Assembly: GCA_043778225.1 (NCBI GenBank)
Contig: JAYWGM010000075.1
Span: 1-64,000 of the forward strand
Reading direction: 5' to 3'
From: Deinococcales bacterium
Lineage (GTDB): Bacteria; Deinococcota; Deinococci; Deinococcales; JAAFIG01
Length of the DNA stretch: 64,000 bases
The position numbers were made by a program, and so were the translations under genes. The notes below the pieces were generated by a model, which searched no databases, had not been told where the DNA came from, and worked only from the letters and a program-made list of their open reading frames with translations. Within the stretch, counting starts at the first letter, position 1; each line of letters begins with the position of its first letter. Positions 20,053-30,122 of this stretch are shown in pieces.

Positions 20053-20856
20053 GTGCCAGCCATTCTTGAGGTTTCTAAATCGCAGCCCTTGGCAATTATT
20101 TCGGACACCCACGCCAACCTGACGGCGCTTGAGGCGGTTTTAGCCGATATTGCCCAGCGCGGCTTAAAGCAGATGGTGATGCTTGGCGATGTGGCAGGAA
20201 AAGGTCCGCGCCCCGCCCAAGTGTTGGACCGACTGCGCGACCTCGAGATTCCATGTTTGTTTGGTAACTGGGACGAATTGCTGGTGCGCCCACTGCAACC
20301 AGATGCCTTACCAGAAATGCCAAGCATGACCCAATCCTTGGCGTGGCAACGCGATCAAATTGGCTTAGAACGCCTCGAGTGGCTTCAATGCCTACCCTAT
20401 GCCTTGGATGTGCAGCGCCATGCTGGGCTGGTCAGGCTGGTTCATGCCTCAAGCCATGGAGTCTGGACTCGAGTTCGAGAAAACGACCCACTGACCAGTT
20501 TTTATGGTCTTTTTGATGCCACCCAAAAAGTCGGTCTCGATGCACCGACCCCAATTGCTGTCGGTTACGGCGACATTCACACCACGCTTTTGCGCCATTT
20601 GCGTTCATTCCCGGAAATGAACCCGAGTCTGCGCGGTCGAATGGTCTTTAATGTCGGTTCGGTCGGCAATCCACTGGACTCAAACCAATCTAGTTATGCG
20701 GTGCTGCATGGCTCGAGCCAACTCGAAGTCAGTTTTATACGGGTGGCTTACGACAACGAACTCGAGTGTCGGGTGGCGATGCGTTCGGGGATGCCACAAT
20801 TAGAAGAATACCTTGAGGAAACCCGAACAGGGATGTACCGCCCGCGTGGAGTATGA
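20053..20856 (+). CDS. Metallophosphoesterase family protein
   Basis: SDTHAN, LGDVAG, GNWD, GDIH, NVGSVG. Confidence 0.88.
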   Translation: MPAILEVSKSQPLAIISDTHANLTALEAVLADIAQRGLKQMVMLGDVAGKGPRPAQVLDRLRDLEIPCLFGNWDELLVRPLQPDALPEMPSMTQSLAWQRDQIGLERLEWLQCLPYALDVQRHAGLVRLVHASSHGVWTRVRENDPLTSFYGLFDATQKVGLDAPTPIAVGYGDIHTTLLRHLRSFPEMNPSLRGRMVFNVGSVGNPLDSNQSSYAVLHGSSQLEVSFIRVAYDNELECRVAMRSGMPQLEEYLEETRTGMYRPRGV

Positions 20857-20891
20857 ACCAGAACTTTTTGAGAGATGCAGTAGAATAGACC

Positions 20892-21938
20892 ATGGTTCAG
20901 GCATTACGACTTCGATTTGCTAACGATTTCTTTGGGCAGACCCGTAATCCCTACCGTTTATTTGGACTAATTTTTATTCTGGCAATCTCGATCACGGCGC
21001 TGGTTTATGTGACTGGCGGTACAAAATTTGTCTATGTACAACTGATGTACATTCCCATTCTTTTGGCAGGTCTACTTTTTAATTTAAGGGCAGCCGTGCT
21101 GTTCTCGATTTTGGCGGGTTTATTGATGGGTCCACTGATGCCACTTGAAGTCTCGAGCCAAGTCTATCAACCACCTGAGGCGTGGTTGTTGCGGACGGTG
21201 CTTTTTTGCTTAAATGGCATGACCGCCGGAGCAGTGGCGGGTTTACTGCGTTACCGTATTGGTTTACTCGAGAAAGTCAAGCACGAAATTGCCCTGACCT
21301 ATGGGCGAACCCTACGAGCCTTGGTGGTGCTTATTGCCGAGCGCGATGATGAAACCGCCGACCACTCCGAACGGGTGGCATACAATGCGGTCAAAATTGG
21401 CGAGGCAATCGGACTAACCCCAGAACGGCTCGAGGTACTTTATTGGGCGGCGTTACTGCACGACCTTGGCAAAATTGGGATTGCCGAAGCGATTCTCAAT
21501 AAGCCAGCCGCTTTAACTGCGCCAGAACGACTCGAGATGCAGCGCCATGTTGAAATTGGCTATCGTGTGATTGTTCATGCCAGCCGTGATTTTCTACCAA
21601 TTGCCCAAGTGGTGGCAGCCCACCATGAACGGATTGATGGTCAAGGGTATCCAAACCGTTTAAGTGGTGAAAACATTCCACTCGAGGCGCGAATTTTAAC
21701 GGTAATTGATGTTTTTGAAGCCCTGACTTCTAAAAGACCATATCACGAAGCAGTGGATAGCCAAACTGCTTTAACGATGATTGTTGCCAGTTCGGGGACA
21801 CATTTTGATCGCCAAGTGGTTGAAGTTTTTACCGACCTTTTAAGCAAAAATGATTTGATGACCCATCAAGATCATCATCTGCTCGAGCGAATCAAAGACC
21901 GCTATCATGGTGACGGATTATTTTTAGCCAATCTCTAA
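20892..21938 (+). CDS. Membrane-bound HD-GYP phosphodiesterase
   Basis: N-terminal transmembrane helices, LHDLGK, HHERIDGQGYP, RPY. Confidence 0.92.
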   Translation: MVQALRLRFANDFFGQTRNPYRLFGLIFILAISITALVYVTGGTKFVYVQLMYIPILLAGLLFNLRAAVLFSILAGLLMGPLMPLEVSSQVYQPPEAWLLRTVLFCLNGMTAGAVAGLLRYRIGLLEKVKHEIALTYGRTLRALVVLIAERDDETADHSERVAYNAVKIGEAIGLTPERLEVLYWAALLHDLGKIGIAEAILNKPAALTAPERLEMQRHVEIGYRVIVHASRDFLPIAQVVAAHHERIDGQGYPNRLSGENIPLEARILTVIDVFEALTSKRPYHEAVDSQTALTMIVASSGTHFDRQVVEVFTDLLSKNDLMTHQDHHLLERIKDRYHGDGLFLANL

Positions 21939-21970
21939 TCTAAATCCTATATTTGTGCTACCCTGATGCC

Positions 21971-22912
21971 ATGTCTCGGCTTTTTTGGATCATTGTTTTC
22001 TTTTATTTTCAAGCTGCTACAGCCCAAAATCTGGCTTGGTCGCCAGTCTTAGGAACAGGACAAATCTGGAAAGTCAGTATCTCTGGGGTCAGCGACTTTC
22101 AATTAACCATCGGCAATAAAAACCAGCGTGGCTTTATGGCGCAAGTCCTCAGCAACAATAAAAATTCAACTGCCGAACTGTTCTATCGGCAAAAAGAAGA
22201 CACCCTTGAGCTAACGATTTTGCCCTATGCCTGTACTTTTAGCACTGCCAAAAGTGTTCAGGGTCTGAGTTTTATTGGAGCAGCTTATTATCTTGCTCCC
22301 AATGCAACCAGCTATCAGAACTTACAACGTCGTTGCGAAATGTCTTATCTCGACCCAAGTTTGCGCGGTGCGCCAGTCCCAGCTTTGGGTGGTGCGCCAA
22401 TCCCAGCTTTGGGTGGTGCGCCAGTCCCAGCTTTGGGTGGTGCGCCAATTTCTTCGGAAACCCTAAAGCGCTTAATTGGAAATTCTGTGCCAACTTCTGC
22501 CGCCGCGCCGCTTGATGGAGCTTTGGCTCGAGCATGGCAACCTACTTTTACCTTGGGTCAAACATGGGATATTGCTTTTGAAGGCGTTGGAACTTGGGCA
22601 GTCAATCTTTTTGCGCTCGAACAAAACCTTCCTTACGGCTATGCAGTTGGTGCAGACACTCGAGTTGGGCTTGGCATTTATGTCACACCAGAACAATCTG
22701 GAATTGGTACAGACTTAGCCATATTTGTGGTGGCTGGGCAAAAAGATTTGTATTACTGTATTGTCTTGCCCCAGAATTCTCGCAACCGCACTTGGACAGG
22801 AATTGGTGCAGTCCAACCAAGCGGCAAAGAATTGCTGGCTACGGGCAAGGGTTGCCAAATCAGTCTGCGCCCAACCACGCTTGCCAGTTTGTTTGAAATT
22901 ATTCGCCTTTGA
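21971..22912 (+). CDS. Hypothetical exported protein with two similar halves and a tandem-repeat linker
   Basis: Signal peptide ending ATA. WSPVLGTGQIW and WQPTFTLGQTW halves flank (GAPxPALG)x3. Confidence 0.7.
   Translation: MSRLFWIIVFFYFQAATAQNLAWSPVLGTGQIWKVSISGVSDFQLTIGNKNQRGFMAQVLSNNKNSTAELFYRQKEDTLELTILPYACTFSTAKSVQGLSFIGAAYYLAPNATSYQNLQRRCEMSYLDPSLRGAPVPALGGAPIPALGGAPVPALGGAPISSETLKRLIGNSVPTSAAAPLDGALARAWQPTFTLGQTWDIAFEGVGTWAVNLFALEQNLPYGYAVGADTRVGLGIYVTPEQSGIGTDLAIFVVAGQKDLYYCIVLPQNSRNRTWTGIGAVQPSGKELLATGKGCQISLRPTTLASLFEIIRL
22367..22449. repeat. In-frame 24-bp tandem repeat x3.5
   Basis: GGTGCGCCARTCCCAGCTTTGGGT units at 22367, 22391 and 22415, plus a partial unit. Confidence 0.95.
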
Positions 22913-23675
22913 TGGTCTCGAGCATCGCTCGGTGCAAATGCCGATTGCTGGCGACGATTTTTTTGTTTTCATACTGGTACGATTCGCCTGTAAAGTTACT
23001 GACTTGTCCGCCAGCTTCCTCGACGATTAAAATGCCAGCTGCACAATCCCAAGCGTTCAGTTTATATTCAAAAAAACCATCTATTCGCCCACAAGCCACA
23101 TAGCATAAATCAAGTGCCGCCGCCCCCGGACGACGAATTGGTAAGCCGAGGGTTAAAAACCGCTTAAAAACCTCGAGTGCCAAAAGTGCGGTCGCGGTGT
23201 CGTATGGAAACCCTGTGGCAAGCATCGCACGCCCAGTTAAAGTGGCTTGGCTCGAGACCTGAATTGGCTGACCATTCAAAAATGCACCACCGCCTTGGGT
23301 GGCACTAAATAATTCATCGCGCACTGGGTCATAAATTACGCCAACGGCTCGAACGCCAGCAATCTCAAGGGCAATCGAAACACAATAGAACGGAAAACCA
23401 TGGGCATAATTGACTGTGCCATCCAATGGGTCAACAATCCAGAGGTAATCGCTGCTGCCAACACTGCCGCCTTCCTCGCCCAAAATCTGGTGGCTGGCAA
23501 ATGCCTCGAGAATCAGGTGGCGAATCGTGGCTTCGCACTCAGCATCGACAATTGTCACCAAGTCGGATTCGACACTTTTACTGCTGATACCAAGGTCGCG
23601 CCCAAGGTAATCGCGTTGAATTTGACCGGCGGCTCGAGCCGCTTTGATTGCAAGGGCTAAAAATTCTGCATTCAT
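22899..23675 (-). CDS. suhB: Inositol monophosphatase family protein
   Basis: GEEG, WIVDPLDGTVNY, AWDCAAG. Confidence 0.92.
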   Translation of the reverse strand: MNAEFLALAIKAARAAGQIQRDYLGRDLGISSKSVESDLVTIVDAECEATIRHLILEAFASHQILGEEGGSVGSSDYLWIVDPLDGTVNYAHGFPFYCVSIALEIAGVRAVGVIYDPVRDELFSATQGGGAFLNGQPIQVSSQATLTGRAMLATGFPYDTATALLALEVFKRFLTLGLPIRRPGAAALDLCYVACGRIDGFFEYKLNAWDCAAGILIVEEAGGQVSNFTGESYQYENKKIVASNRHLHRAMLETIKGE

Positions 23676-23869
23676 GAGCTAAGTCTAACCTGTTGCGCGT
23701 AGCCATGGTTTCATTGGCTCGAGCGCAAGTCCAGTTTTAGCTTTAGACATAACTCGAGAATGTAGGTTGTACTTACTTCAGCCCCCATTCAGGCTCGGGT
23801 CACGTTGAATTTAAGTGGCTTTTGCATGATAACTGGAGTCTCGAGAAACGAGACAACAGGAGGATTCAA

Positions 23870-24439
23870 ATGGAACGAGTTACTGCACTTTTTCAAGACC
23901 GTCACCGCGCCGAGGAAGCCATCGAACTCTTACGAGCTATGGGTATTAGCGACTCAAAACTATCGATCGTTGGTTCGCATGGCGAAGAAATGGCTGGCGA
24001 AGTCGGCGAAATGATGCAAAAAGATGTCACCTCTGGTGCAACCCGTGGCTTGACCGTGGGCGCTTCGGCGGGTGTCTTATTTGGTATCGCTGCTGCCCTC
24101 ATTCCGGGGGTCGGTCCGTTTATCACGGCTGGCGCATTGGCGACCAGCCTTGGGGCTGTGGCTGGTGGAGCGGTGGCTGGGGCTGTGGTCGGTGGCACAG
24201 CAGGTTCTTTGGCTGGCGCTTTTTCGCAGGCTGGCTATGAAAAGGACGAAGCCGACTTTTATGGTCAAGCTGTTCATCAAGGCGATTATATGGTTGCCGT
24301 GGACGCTGCCGATGCCGTCGAGGCGCAAAGTGTCCGTAGTGTCTTAAATAACGCGAGTGCCAAATACTACAAAGGTATGGATTCTGACCACACGAACACA
24401 ATGTCCACCAACCAAGCCGCACCACCCATGACAAGGTAA
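23870..24439 (+). CDS. General stress protein-like membrane protein
   Basis: AGGAGG RBS, glycine-zipper IPGVGPFITAG...AGAVVGG, EADFY..V..GD. Confidence 0.75.
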   Translation: MERVTALFQDRHRAEEAIELLRAMGISDSKLSIVGSHGEEMAGEVGEMMQKDVTSGATRGLTVGASAGVLFGIAAALIPGVGPFITAGALATSLGAVAGGAVAGAVVGGTAGSLAGAFSQAGYEKDEADFYGQAVHQGDYMVAVDAADAVEAQSVRSVLNNASAKYYKGMDSDHTNTMSTNQAAPPMTR

Positions 24440-24445
24440 TCAAGC

Positions 24446-24473
24446 GACCTCGAGGCAGCCGTGCCTCGAGGTC
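24446..24473. terminator. Hairpin built from two CTCGAG sites
   Basis: GACCTCGAGGCA-gccg-TGCCTCGAGGTC followed by a short T run. Confidence 0.55.
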
Positions 24474-24485
24474 AGATTTTAGGAG

Positions 24486-24986
24486 ATGATAACCATGGAA
24501 CTTGCCACCTTAAAAGATTTGTACATCGAACAACTGCGCGATTTATACTCTGCCGAATCGCAGTTGTGTGAAGCCCTGCCAAAAATGGTCAAAGCTGCCC
24601 ACAATGCCGAACTCAAAAGCAGTTTTGAGCAGCACCTCAAAGAAACCAAGCAACAACGCCAAGATGTTGGAGATTTAATTCGCGCTCATGGTCATGACCC
24701 CGAAGGTCACGAATGTAAAGCCATGAAAGGCATCATTGCCGAAGGCGAAGAAATGATCAAAGAAAAAGCTGATCCTGATGTCAAAGATGCTGGCTTGATA
24801 GCGGCGGCTCAGCGTGTTGAGCATTACGAAATTGCTGGCTACGGAACTGTTTGTGCTTATGCTAAACGACTTGGCGATAAAAAAGGGGCAGAAATTCTGC
24901 ACCGAATTGCCCAAGAAGAAGGCGACACTGACCAAAAGCTGACGATGCTTGCCGAACAGGTAATCAATCCAGCCGCGATGCAGTAA
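24486..24986 (+). CDS. Ferritin-like YciE/YciF (DUF892) protein
   Basis: LRDLYSAE, HLKET, CKAMKG, AQRVEHYEIAGYG. Confidence 0.92.
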   Translation: MITMELATLKDLYIEQLRDLYSAESQLCEALPKMVKAAHNAELKSSFEQHLKETKQQRQDVGDLIRAHGHDPEGHECKAMKGIIAEGEEMIKEKADPDVKDAGLIAAAQRVEHYEIAGYGTVCAYAKRLGDKKGAEILHRIAQEEGDTDQKLTMLAEQVINPAAMQ

Positions 24987-25001
24987 AACAGATTGGCTTG
25001 G

Positions 25002-25038
25002 TTCACTTGTCTATTTTTAGGCAAGTGAATTTTTTTTG
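25002..25038. terminator. Intrinsic terminator between convergent genes
   Basis: TTCACTTGTCTA...TAGGCAAGTGAA followed by a T-tract. Confidence 0.75.
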
Positions 25039-25048
25039 ACCACTATTT

Positions 25049-27031
25049 TTACTCAAGTTTCAGCAGTGGTAACTTGACAATCGCTTTTGTGCCAACATCA
25101 AGTTCACTCTCGAGATGGACTGTCCCACCATGCTGCTGCGCGATACCTCGAGCAATGGTCAGACCTAACCCTGTACCACCGGGGTCAGTGCCACGGGCGC
25201 GACCTTGGTCAACTCGGTAGAACCGTTCAAAAACCAACTCGAGATTGCTTCTTGAAATACCCATGCCGCTGTCTTGGACACAGACCACCGCAAAATCGCT
25301 TTCGACTTCCAGCCAAACACGAACTGACCCGTTTTTTGGGGTGTACTTAAAAGCATTTTCAAACAGAATAAAAAAGAGTTGCTTGAGTTTATCGCGGCTG
25401 CCTTTGACCACCACTTGAGTTGTCTTTGTGAGGTCAAGTGTATGTGAATCAGATAATAAACGGGCTGAACGAGTTGTTTGGTTGACAAGTTCATGCAGGT
25501 GAATGGGGATAAATTCGGATTTGACCTGAGTCTCACCTCGAGCCAAATCCAATAAATCGGTAATTAAACGGCTCAGTCTCGAGGTTTCACGCTCGGCATC
25601 ATCAAGCATTTCTTGGCGTTGGTCTTCGGGGATATTTGAATGGCGGCGTAAAAGCTGCAAGTTGCCGCGAATACTGGTCAAAGGCGCACGCAATTCGTGA
25701 GCAGCATCGGAGACAAAACGCCGTTGGGCTTGACTGACTTCGCGCAGTTTGGTCTCGAGTTCGGAGCGACTAGAAATATCGGTGTTGGTGCCAAACCAAC
25801 GTATTGTCTTGCCTTGAGGGTCACGAATTGGTTCAATGCGCGTTAAAAACATTCGATAGTTACCATCGGCATTACGCAATGGAAATTCCATTTCGCTCGA
25901 TTCACCATTTGCCAATATATTTTCCCATTGGGTGATCACGCTGGGTAGAATCTCTGGGTCATGAACACTCTGCCAACCAAGCCCCTGCATTTCTTGCGGG
26001 GTCGTGCCAGTGTATTCATACCAACGGCGGTTAAACCAAAAAATTTGCCCATCGGGTTCAGCAATCCAAGCCAATTGCGAAATACCATCAATCATGGTTC
26101 TAAAACGCTGCTCACTTGCCTCGAGTGCCAAAAACAAATCCTTTTTTTCGTCCTCGGCACGTTTACGTTTGGTAATGTCAATGGTGCTGCCGATGACTTG
26201 GCAAACTTTGCCTTGGGTGTTTCGCTCGGTCACGATACTATCTAGGACATCAATCCAGTGTCCGTCTTGGTGGCGTACTCGGTACTCAAGGCTTAGCTCA
26301 TCAATTTCTTGGATGTGAAGTCCAGCCAATTTTAATCGATCATCTGGATGAACCAAAGCTAACCACGCTTGGCTGGTCAGGGAAGTCGCTAAGTTTTCTG
26401 CCCCTAAAAATTTTGCGAAGCCAGCCGAGCGCCAAACCACTTGGGTTACCAGATTCCATTCGTAAATAAAGCCACCAACCGCCCGTTCGGCGGCTTCAAA
26501 ACGAGCGCTGATGCGCTTTTCATTTTCAAAAAGCCGTGCCCGTTCAACTGAACCGGCGGCTAAATCTGCCATGGACTCGAGAAAAACTTGGTCGCTTTGA
26601 CTCCAGATTCGCACTTCATGAAAACTGAGGTTAAGTACACCAATCGCTTCTTGATGTGCAATTAAAGGAATGCTTGCGCCAGCTTGAAAAGCAGACTTTT
26701 CTATGGCGAGTGTCAAGTTTGGGTAAAGCTGCTTATACTGCTCGGCACTTTGAATCCAAATTGAACCCCGAGAACGCATCGCATCGGTGGCTGGAGAACG
26801 TAAATCAAGTGGAATAGACCCATAGGCTTCGGCTGTTGGCTGGTCGTACCCAATCGAAGCCACAGTGAGCAAAACATTTTTTTCAAGCTGATGCAGAGCG
26901 CCACCTTGTGCGCCCAAGGCTTGAATCGCGTGTTCCAAAAAAGCATCAAAAATTTGTTGTGGTGTGATGGCTCGAGCAAATGCCGCAGTTGCACTTTGTA
27001 AAGTCAACCAAGGGTTGGTCGCGTTATTCAT
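25049..27031 (-). CDS. GAF/PAS sensor histidine kinase
   Basis: GAF domain, two PAS/PAC domains, H-box AAHELRAPLT, N-box ENAFKY, DSGMG, GTGLGL. Confidence 0.93.
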   Translation of the reverse strand: MNNATNPWLTLQSATAAFARAITPQQIFDAFLEHAIQALGAQGGALHQLEKNVLLTVASIGYDQPTAEAYGSIPLDLRSPATDAMRSRGSIWIQSAEQYKQLYPNLTLAIEKSAFQAGASIPLIAHQEAIGVLNLSFHEVRIWSQSDQVFLESMADLAAGSVERARLFENEKRISARFEAAERAVGGFIYEWNLVTQVVWRSAGFAKFLGAENLATSLTSQAWLALVHPDDRLKLAGLHIQEIDELSLEYRVRHQDGHWIDVLDSIVTERNTQGKVCQVIGSTIDITKRKRAEDEKKDLFLALEASEQRFRTMIDGISQLAWIAEPDGQIFWFNRRWYEYTGTTPQEMQGLGWQSVHDPEILPSVITQWENILANGESSEMEFPLRNADGNYRMFLTRIEPIRDPQGKTIRWFGTNTDISSRSELETKLREVSQAQRRFVSDAAHELRAPLTSIRGNLQLLRRHSNIPEDQRQEMLDDAERETSRLSRLITDLLDLARGETQVKSEFIPIHLHELVNQTTRSARLLSDSHTLDLTKTTQVVVKGSRDKLKQLFFILFENAFKYTPKNGSVRVWLEVESDFAVVCVQDSGMGISRSNLELVFERFYRVDQGRARGTDPGGTGLGLTIARGIAQQHGGTVHLESELDVGTKAIVKLPLLKLE

Positions 27032-27073
27032 TGGTTTGTTTGCCCGTGAAGTGCGGGAGGTCAAGAACGCTCA

Positions 27074-27841
27074 TCAGGAAAAACCTAAACGTTGTGGGAC
27101 AAGTCCAAACTGCTCGAGTTGAATCGTTTCACCTAGCTCGAGCAATGCCCATGCACCACTGGCAACCCCATCTGACCAATGCGATTCGGTTGGACCAAGC
27201 AGCGTGATGTACTGAATTTGATCCACCGTGCGGTTGTCAAACCAGTGGGCATGACCCGAAACACAGAGCCGTACTTTACCGCTTTCTAAAAAGATTTGGC
27301 GTGCCAATTCAGCATTCTTTGGGCTGGCGTGCTGGCGGTACTCGGTTTCAAAATAAGGATTACCCTCGAGCCATTGTCCATGCAAAGGCTGGTGGCTAAA
27401 AACCACCACTGGTGTCTGGCAATTTTTCAGCGTTTCCTCGAGCCACCTTAACGTGCTGTTGGACAGTAAGCCACCCGTTGTGGCATCGTAGGTCTCTAAA
27501 AAAACCAGTGTCCAACCCTTAAACTCGACTGCATGATTGCCTAAATTTGCACCGAGAATGGCTTCTTGGTCGCTTTTGGCTAACATATCGTGGTTACCCG
27601 AAAGATGATGCCTTGGATAAGGCAGGCGCTTAAATTCATGCGCCAACTCGAGTAAGCGCTGGCGGTCTACTTCGGGGTTTTCGTCAGTCAAGCGGTCGCC
27701 AAGTTCGATGACCGCATCTGGCTCGAGCAAATGAATCTCGCCAACAATTTTAGTAAGCAAGGCTAGGGCTTGTGGACCACGAACTTTACCTGTGTCGCGT
27801 CCATGATGAAGGTCGGTAACAATTGCTAAACGAACACCCAT
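27074..27841 (-). CDS. Metallophosphoesterase (calcineurin-like)
   Basis: TDLH, LGD, GNHD, SHQP, SGHAH. Start trimmed to MGVRLAI. Confidence 0.88.
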   Translation of the reverse strand: MGVRLAIVTDLHHGRDTGKVRGPQALALLTKIVGEIHLLEPDAVIELGDRLTDENPEVDRQRLLELAHEFKRLPYPRHHLSGNHDMLAKSDQEAILGANLGNHAVEFKGWTLVFLETYDATTGGLLSNSTLRWLEETLKNCQTPVVVFSHQPLHGQWLEGNPYFETEYRQHASPKNAELARQIFLESGKVRLCVSGHAHWFDNRTVDQIQYITLLGPTESHWSDGVASGAWALLELGETIQLEQFGLVPQRLGFS

Positions 27842-27920
27842 GACCCGTAGAATACCGCATAAATCAGCAGGACATTGGTCAAAACTAAACTTGGTATTGC
27901 CCAATACGGTATGATGCTGC

Positions 27921-29051
27921 ATGGAACTCAACATCGGTGAGCGACGAAAACGGGTACTCGAGGACAGCGTGGATGTACATTTCAAGGACATCCGAAAGTC
28001 CTTTGGTGAGGTCGAAGTCTTAAAAGGCATTAACCTCGAGATTCGCCGTGGTGAATTTTTTAGTTTGCTCGGACCGTCTGGCTGCGGTAAAACCACGCTG
28101 TTGCGAATTCTGGCTGGTTTTGAATTTGCCGACTCTGGGGCAGTTTTGCTGCGCGGGCAGGATGTTGCGCCATTAGCCCCCAACCAGCGCAGTGTCAATA
28201 CCGTTTTTCAAAACTATGCGCTTTTTCCTCACATGACGGTGGCTGATAATGTCGCCTTTGGCTTAAAAATGCGAAAAATCCCAGCCGCCCAAATCCGTGA
28301 TAAAGTCCAAAAAGCCCTCGAGATGGTCGAAATCAGTGGATTTGCCGACCGCAAACCGATGCAGTTAAGCGGTGGGCAGCGCCAGCGTGTCGCATTGGCT
28401 CGAGCCATTGTCAACGAACCACAAGTGCTGCTGCTCGACGAACCGCTCTCGGCACTTGACCGAAAACTGCGCGTCAATCTGCAAGTTGAACTGATGCGCT
28501 TACAGGCTCGCTTGGGCTTAACCTTTATTTTTGTGACCCACGACCAAGAAGAAGCGCTCACCATGTCTGACCGCATTGCCGTCATGAATAAGGGGGTGAT
28601 TGAGCAACTTGGTGCTGTCCAAGAGATGTACGAGCGCCCAGCCAACGCCTATGTGGCACAATTTTTAGGCTCAAGCAACTTACTCGAAGGCACGGTCACG
28701 GCTGCCGACACCGTTAAAACTAAACTCGGTCTACTCGAGGTGCGCGACCACTTGCCCAATATCGGGCAAGACGTGCTGCTTTCGATTCGACCAGAAAAAA
28801 TTCAGTTGTCTCGAGTCCAGACGACCCAGCAAAATACAGTCACGGTTAAAGTCACCGACGATATTTACCAAGGCGCAACCGGTGCGTACCGCGTCAAAAC
28901 TGCCGACAACCTTGAACTCGAGGTCAACACCATGAATTCTGGTCTGACTGACCTCGATTTTACAATAGATGATTGGCTGTTTGCCCATTTGCCAGCCAAT
29001 TTAATCGTTGTCTTGGGCAGCAGCCACTTAGCAGAGGAGAGGTCAGCATGA
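27921..29051 (+). CDS. potA: Spermidine/putrescine ABC transporter ATPase
   Basis: GPSGCGKT, VFQNYALFPH, LSGGQRQR, DEPLSALD, TOBE domain. Confidence 0.88.
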   Translation: MELNIGERRKRVLEDSVDVHFKDIRKSFGEVEVLKGINLEIRRGEFFSLLGPSGCGKTTLLRILAGFEFADSGAVLLRGQDVAPLAPNQRSVNTVFQNYALFPHMTVADNVAFGLKMRKIPAAQIRDKVQKALEMVEISGFADRKPMQLSGGQRQRVALARAIVNEPQVLLLDEPLSALDRKLRVNLQVELMRLQARLGLTFIFVTHDQEEALTMSDRIAVMNKGVIEQLGAVQEMYERPANAYVAQFLGSSNLLEGTVTAADTVKTKLGLLEVRDHLPNIGQDVLLSIRPEKIQLSRVQTTQQNTVTVKVTDDIYQGATGAYRVKTADNLELEVNTMNSGLTDLDFTIDDWLFAHLPANLIVVLGSSHLAEERSA

Positions 29052-29971
29052 AAAAGCCCCCAAAACTCGAGGCGGCTGGCGGCGAGCTTTTAAGCCCAAT
29101 GCAGCTTTTATCTCGAGCCGCCGTCAGTGCTGGACCCGGTATCATTTGGATTGCGCTCTTTTTGGTTTTGCCAATGCTGATTTTATTTGGCTATAGTTTT
29201 TTAACCCGCGATGAACTCGGCAATGCGGTCTTCCCACTGACGCTCGATAACTATGTCCGTTTTGCTGGCTGGGACGTGCTTGGGTACGATGCTGCCTATT
29301 TAATTATCGTCGGGCGTACGATTGTGGTTTCTTTGGTCACAACCTTTTTTTGTGTTTTGATTGCCTATCCATTGGCTTTTTTTATTGCCGCCCACAAACC
29401 ACTGGTCAGAGACCGACTGATGATTTTTGTGATTGTGCCAAGTTGGGTCAATTTGGTGATTCGCACTTATGCGTGGATGATTATGTTTAATCCCTCGAGT
29501 CCGATTACGCAGTTGGCTGCCAGTCTTGGAATTGTTAAGCCCAATGAAGGTTTATACCCGTCGGATTTTGCAGTCTATATCGGTATGGTGAATATTTATT
29601 TGCCATTTATTGTTTTGCCACTTTACAGTGCGGTCGAGCGAATAGATTGGTCGCAACTCGAGGCAGCCCAAGACCTCTATGCCACCAAAACTCAAGCCTT
29701 TTTTCAAGTGCTTGTGCCACAAACCTTACCCGGTTTGACTGCCGGAATTATTCTCACTGCCATTCCAGCCTTGGGAATGTTTGTTGTGCCAGACTTACTT
29801 GGTGGAGCTAAAGTGGCTTTAATTGGCAATAGCATCGCCCAACAATTTGGTGCATCCAGAGATTACCCGTTTGGCGCAGCCATCAGCTTTTTGGTGATGG
29901 GTTTAACGCTGCTGGTTTTGTGGTTGTACGCCCGTCGAGTAGGGGAGAAGGGAATGCGTGATTTGTTATGA
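29048..29971 (+). CDS. potB: Polyamine ABC transporter permease
   Basis: IRTYAW, LPFIVLPLY, EAA loop, PDLLGG. Confidence 0.85.
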   Translation: MKKPPKLEAAGGELLSPMQLLSRAAVSAGPGIIWIALFLVLPMLILFGYSFLTRDELGNAVFPLTLDNYVRFAGWDVLGYDAAYLIIVGRTIVVSLVTTFFCVLIAYPLAFFIAAHKPLVRDRLMIFVIVPSWVNLVIRTYAWMIMFNPSSPITQLAASLGIVKPNEGLYPSDFAVYIGMVNIYLPFIVLPLYSAVERIDWSQLEAAQDLYATKTQAFFQVLVPQTLPGLTAGIILTAIPALGMFVVPDLLGGAKVALIGNSIAQQFGASRDYPFGAAISFLVMGLTLLVLWLYARRVGEKGMRDLL

Positions 29972-30013
29972 AGGTTAAAAGGTCAAAAGGTCAAAGGGTT
30001 AAAAGGTCAAAGG
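29972..30013 (+). repeat. 8-bp tandem repeats GGT(T/C)AAA(A/G) x5
   Basis: aggttaaaaggtcaaaaggtcaaagggttaaaaggtcaaagg directly after the potB stop. Confidence 0.85.
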
Positions 30014-30122
30014 CGACCATGCTCGTTAGCGAACCTGCCCGTGTGGTGGTTCAAGACAGGTGCTGCTTTAAGGTCAAGAAGGCTAAAAGTTATGGCATTG
30101 TGTTTGGCTGGGGGAAGAGCTG

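Noticed and set aside
27842..28198. N-terminal extension of the 374-aa minus-strand ORF
   Set aside because: It is the antisense shadow of potA; phosphoesterase motifs begin at 27841.
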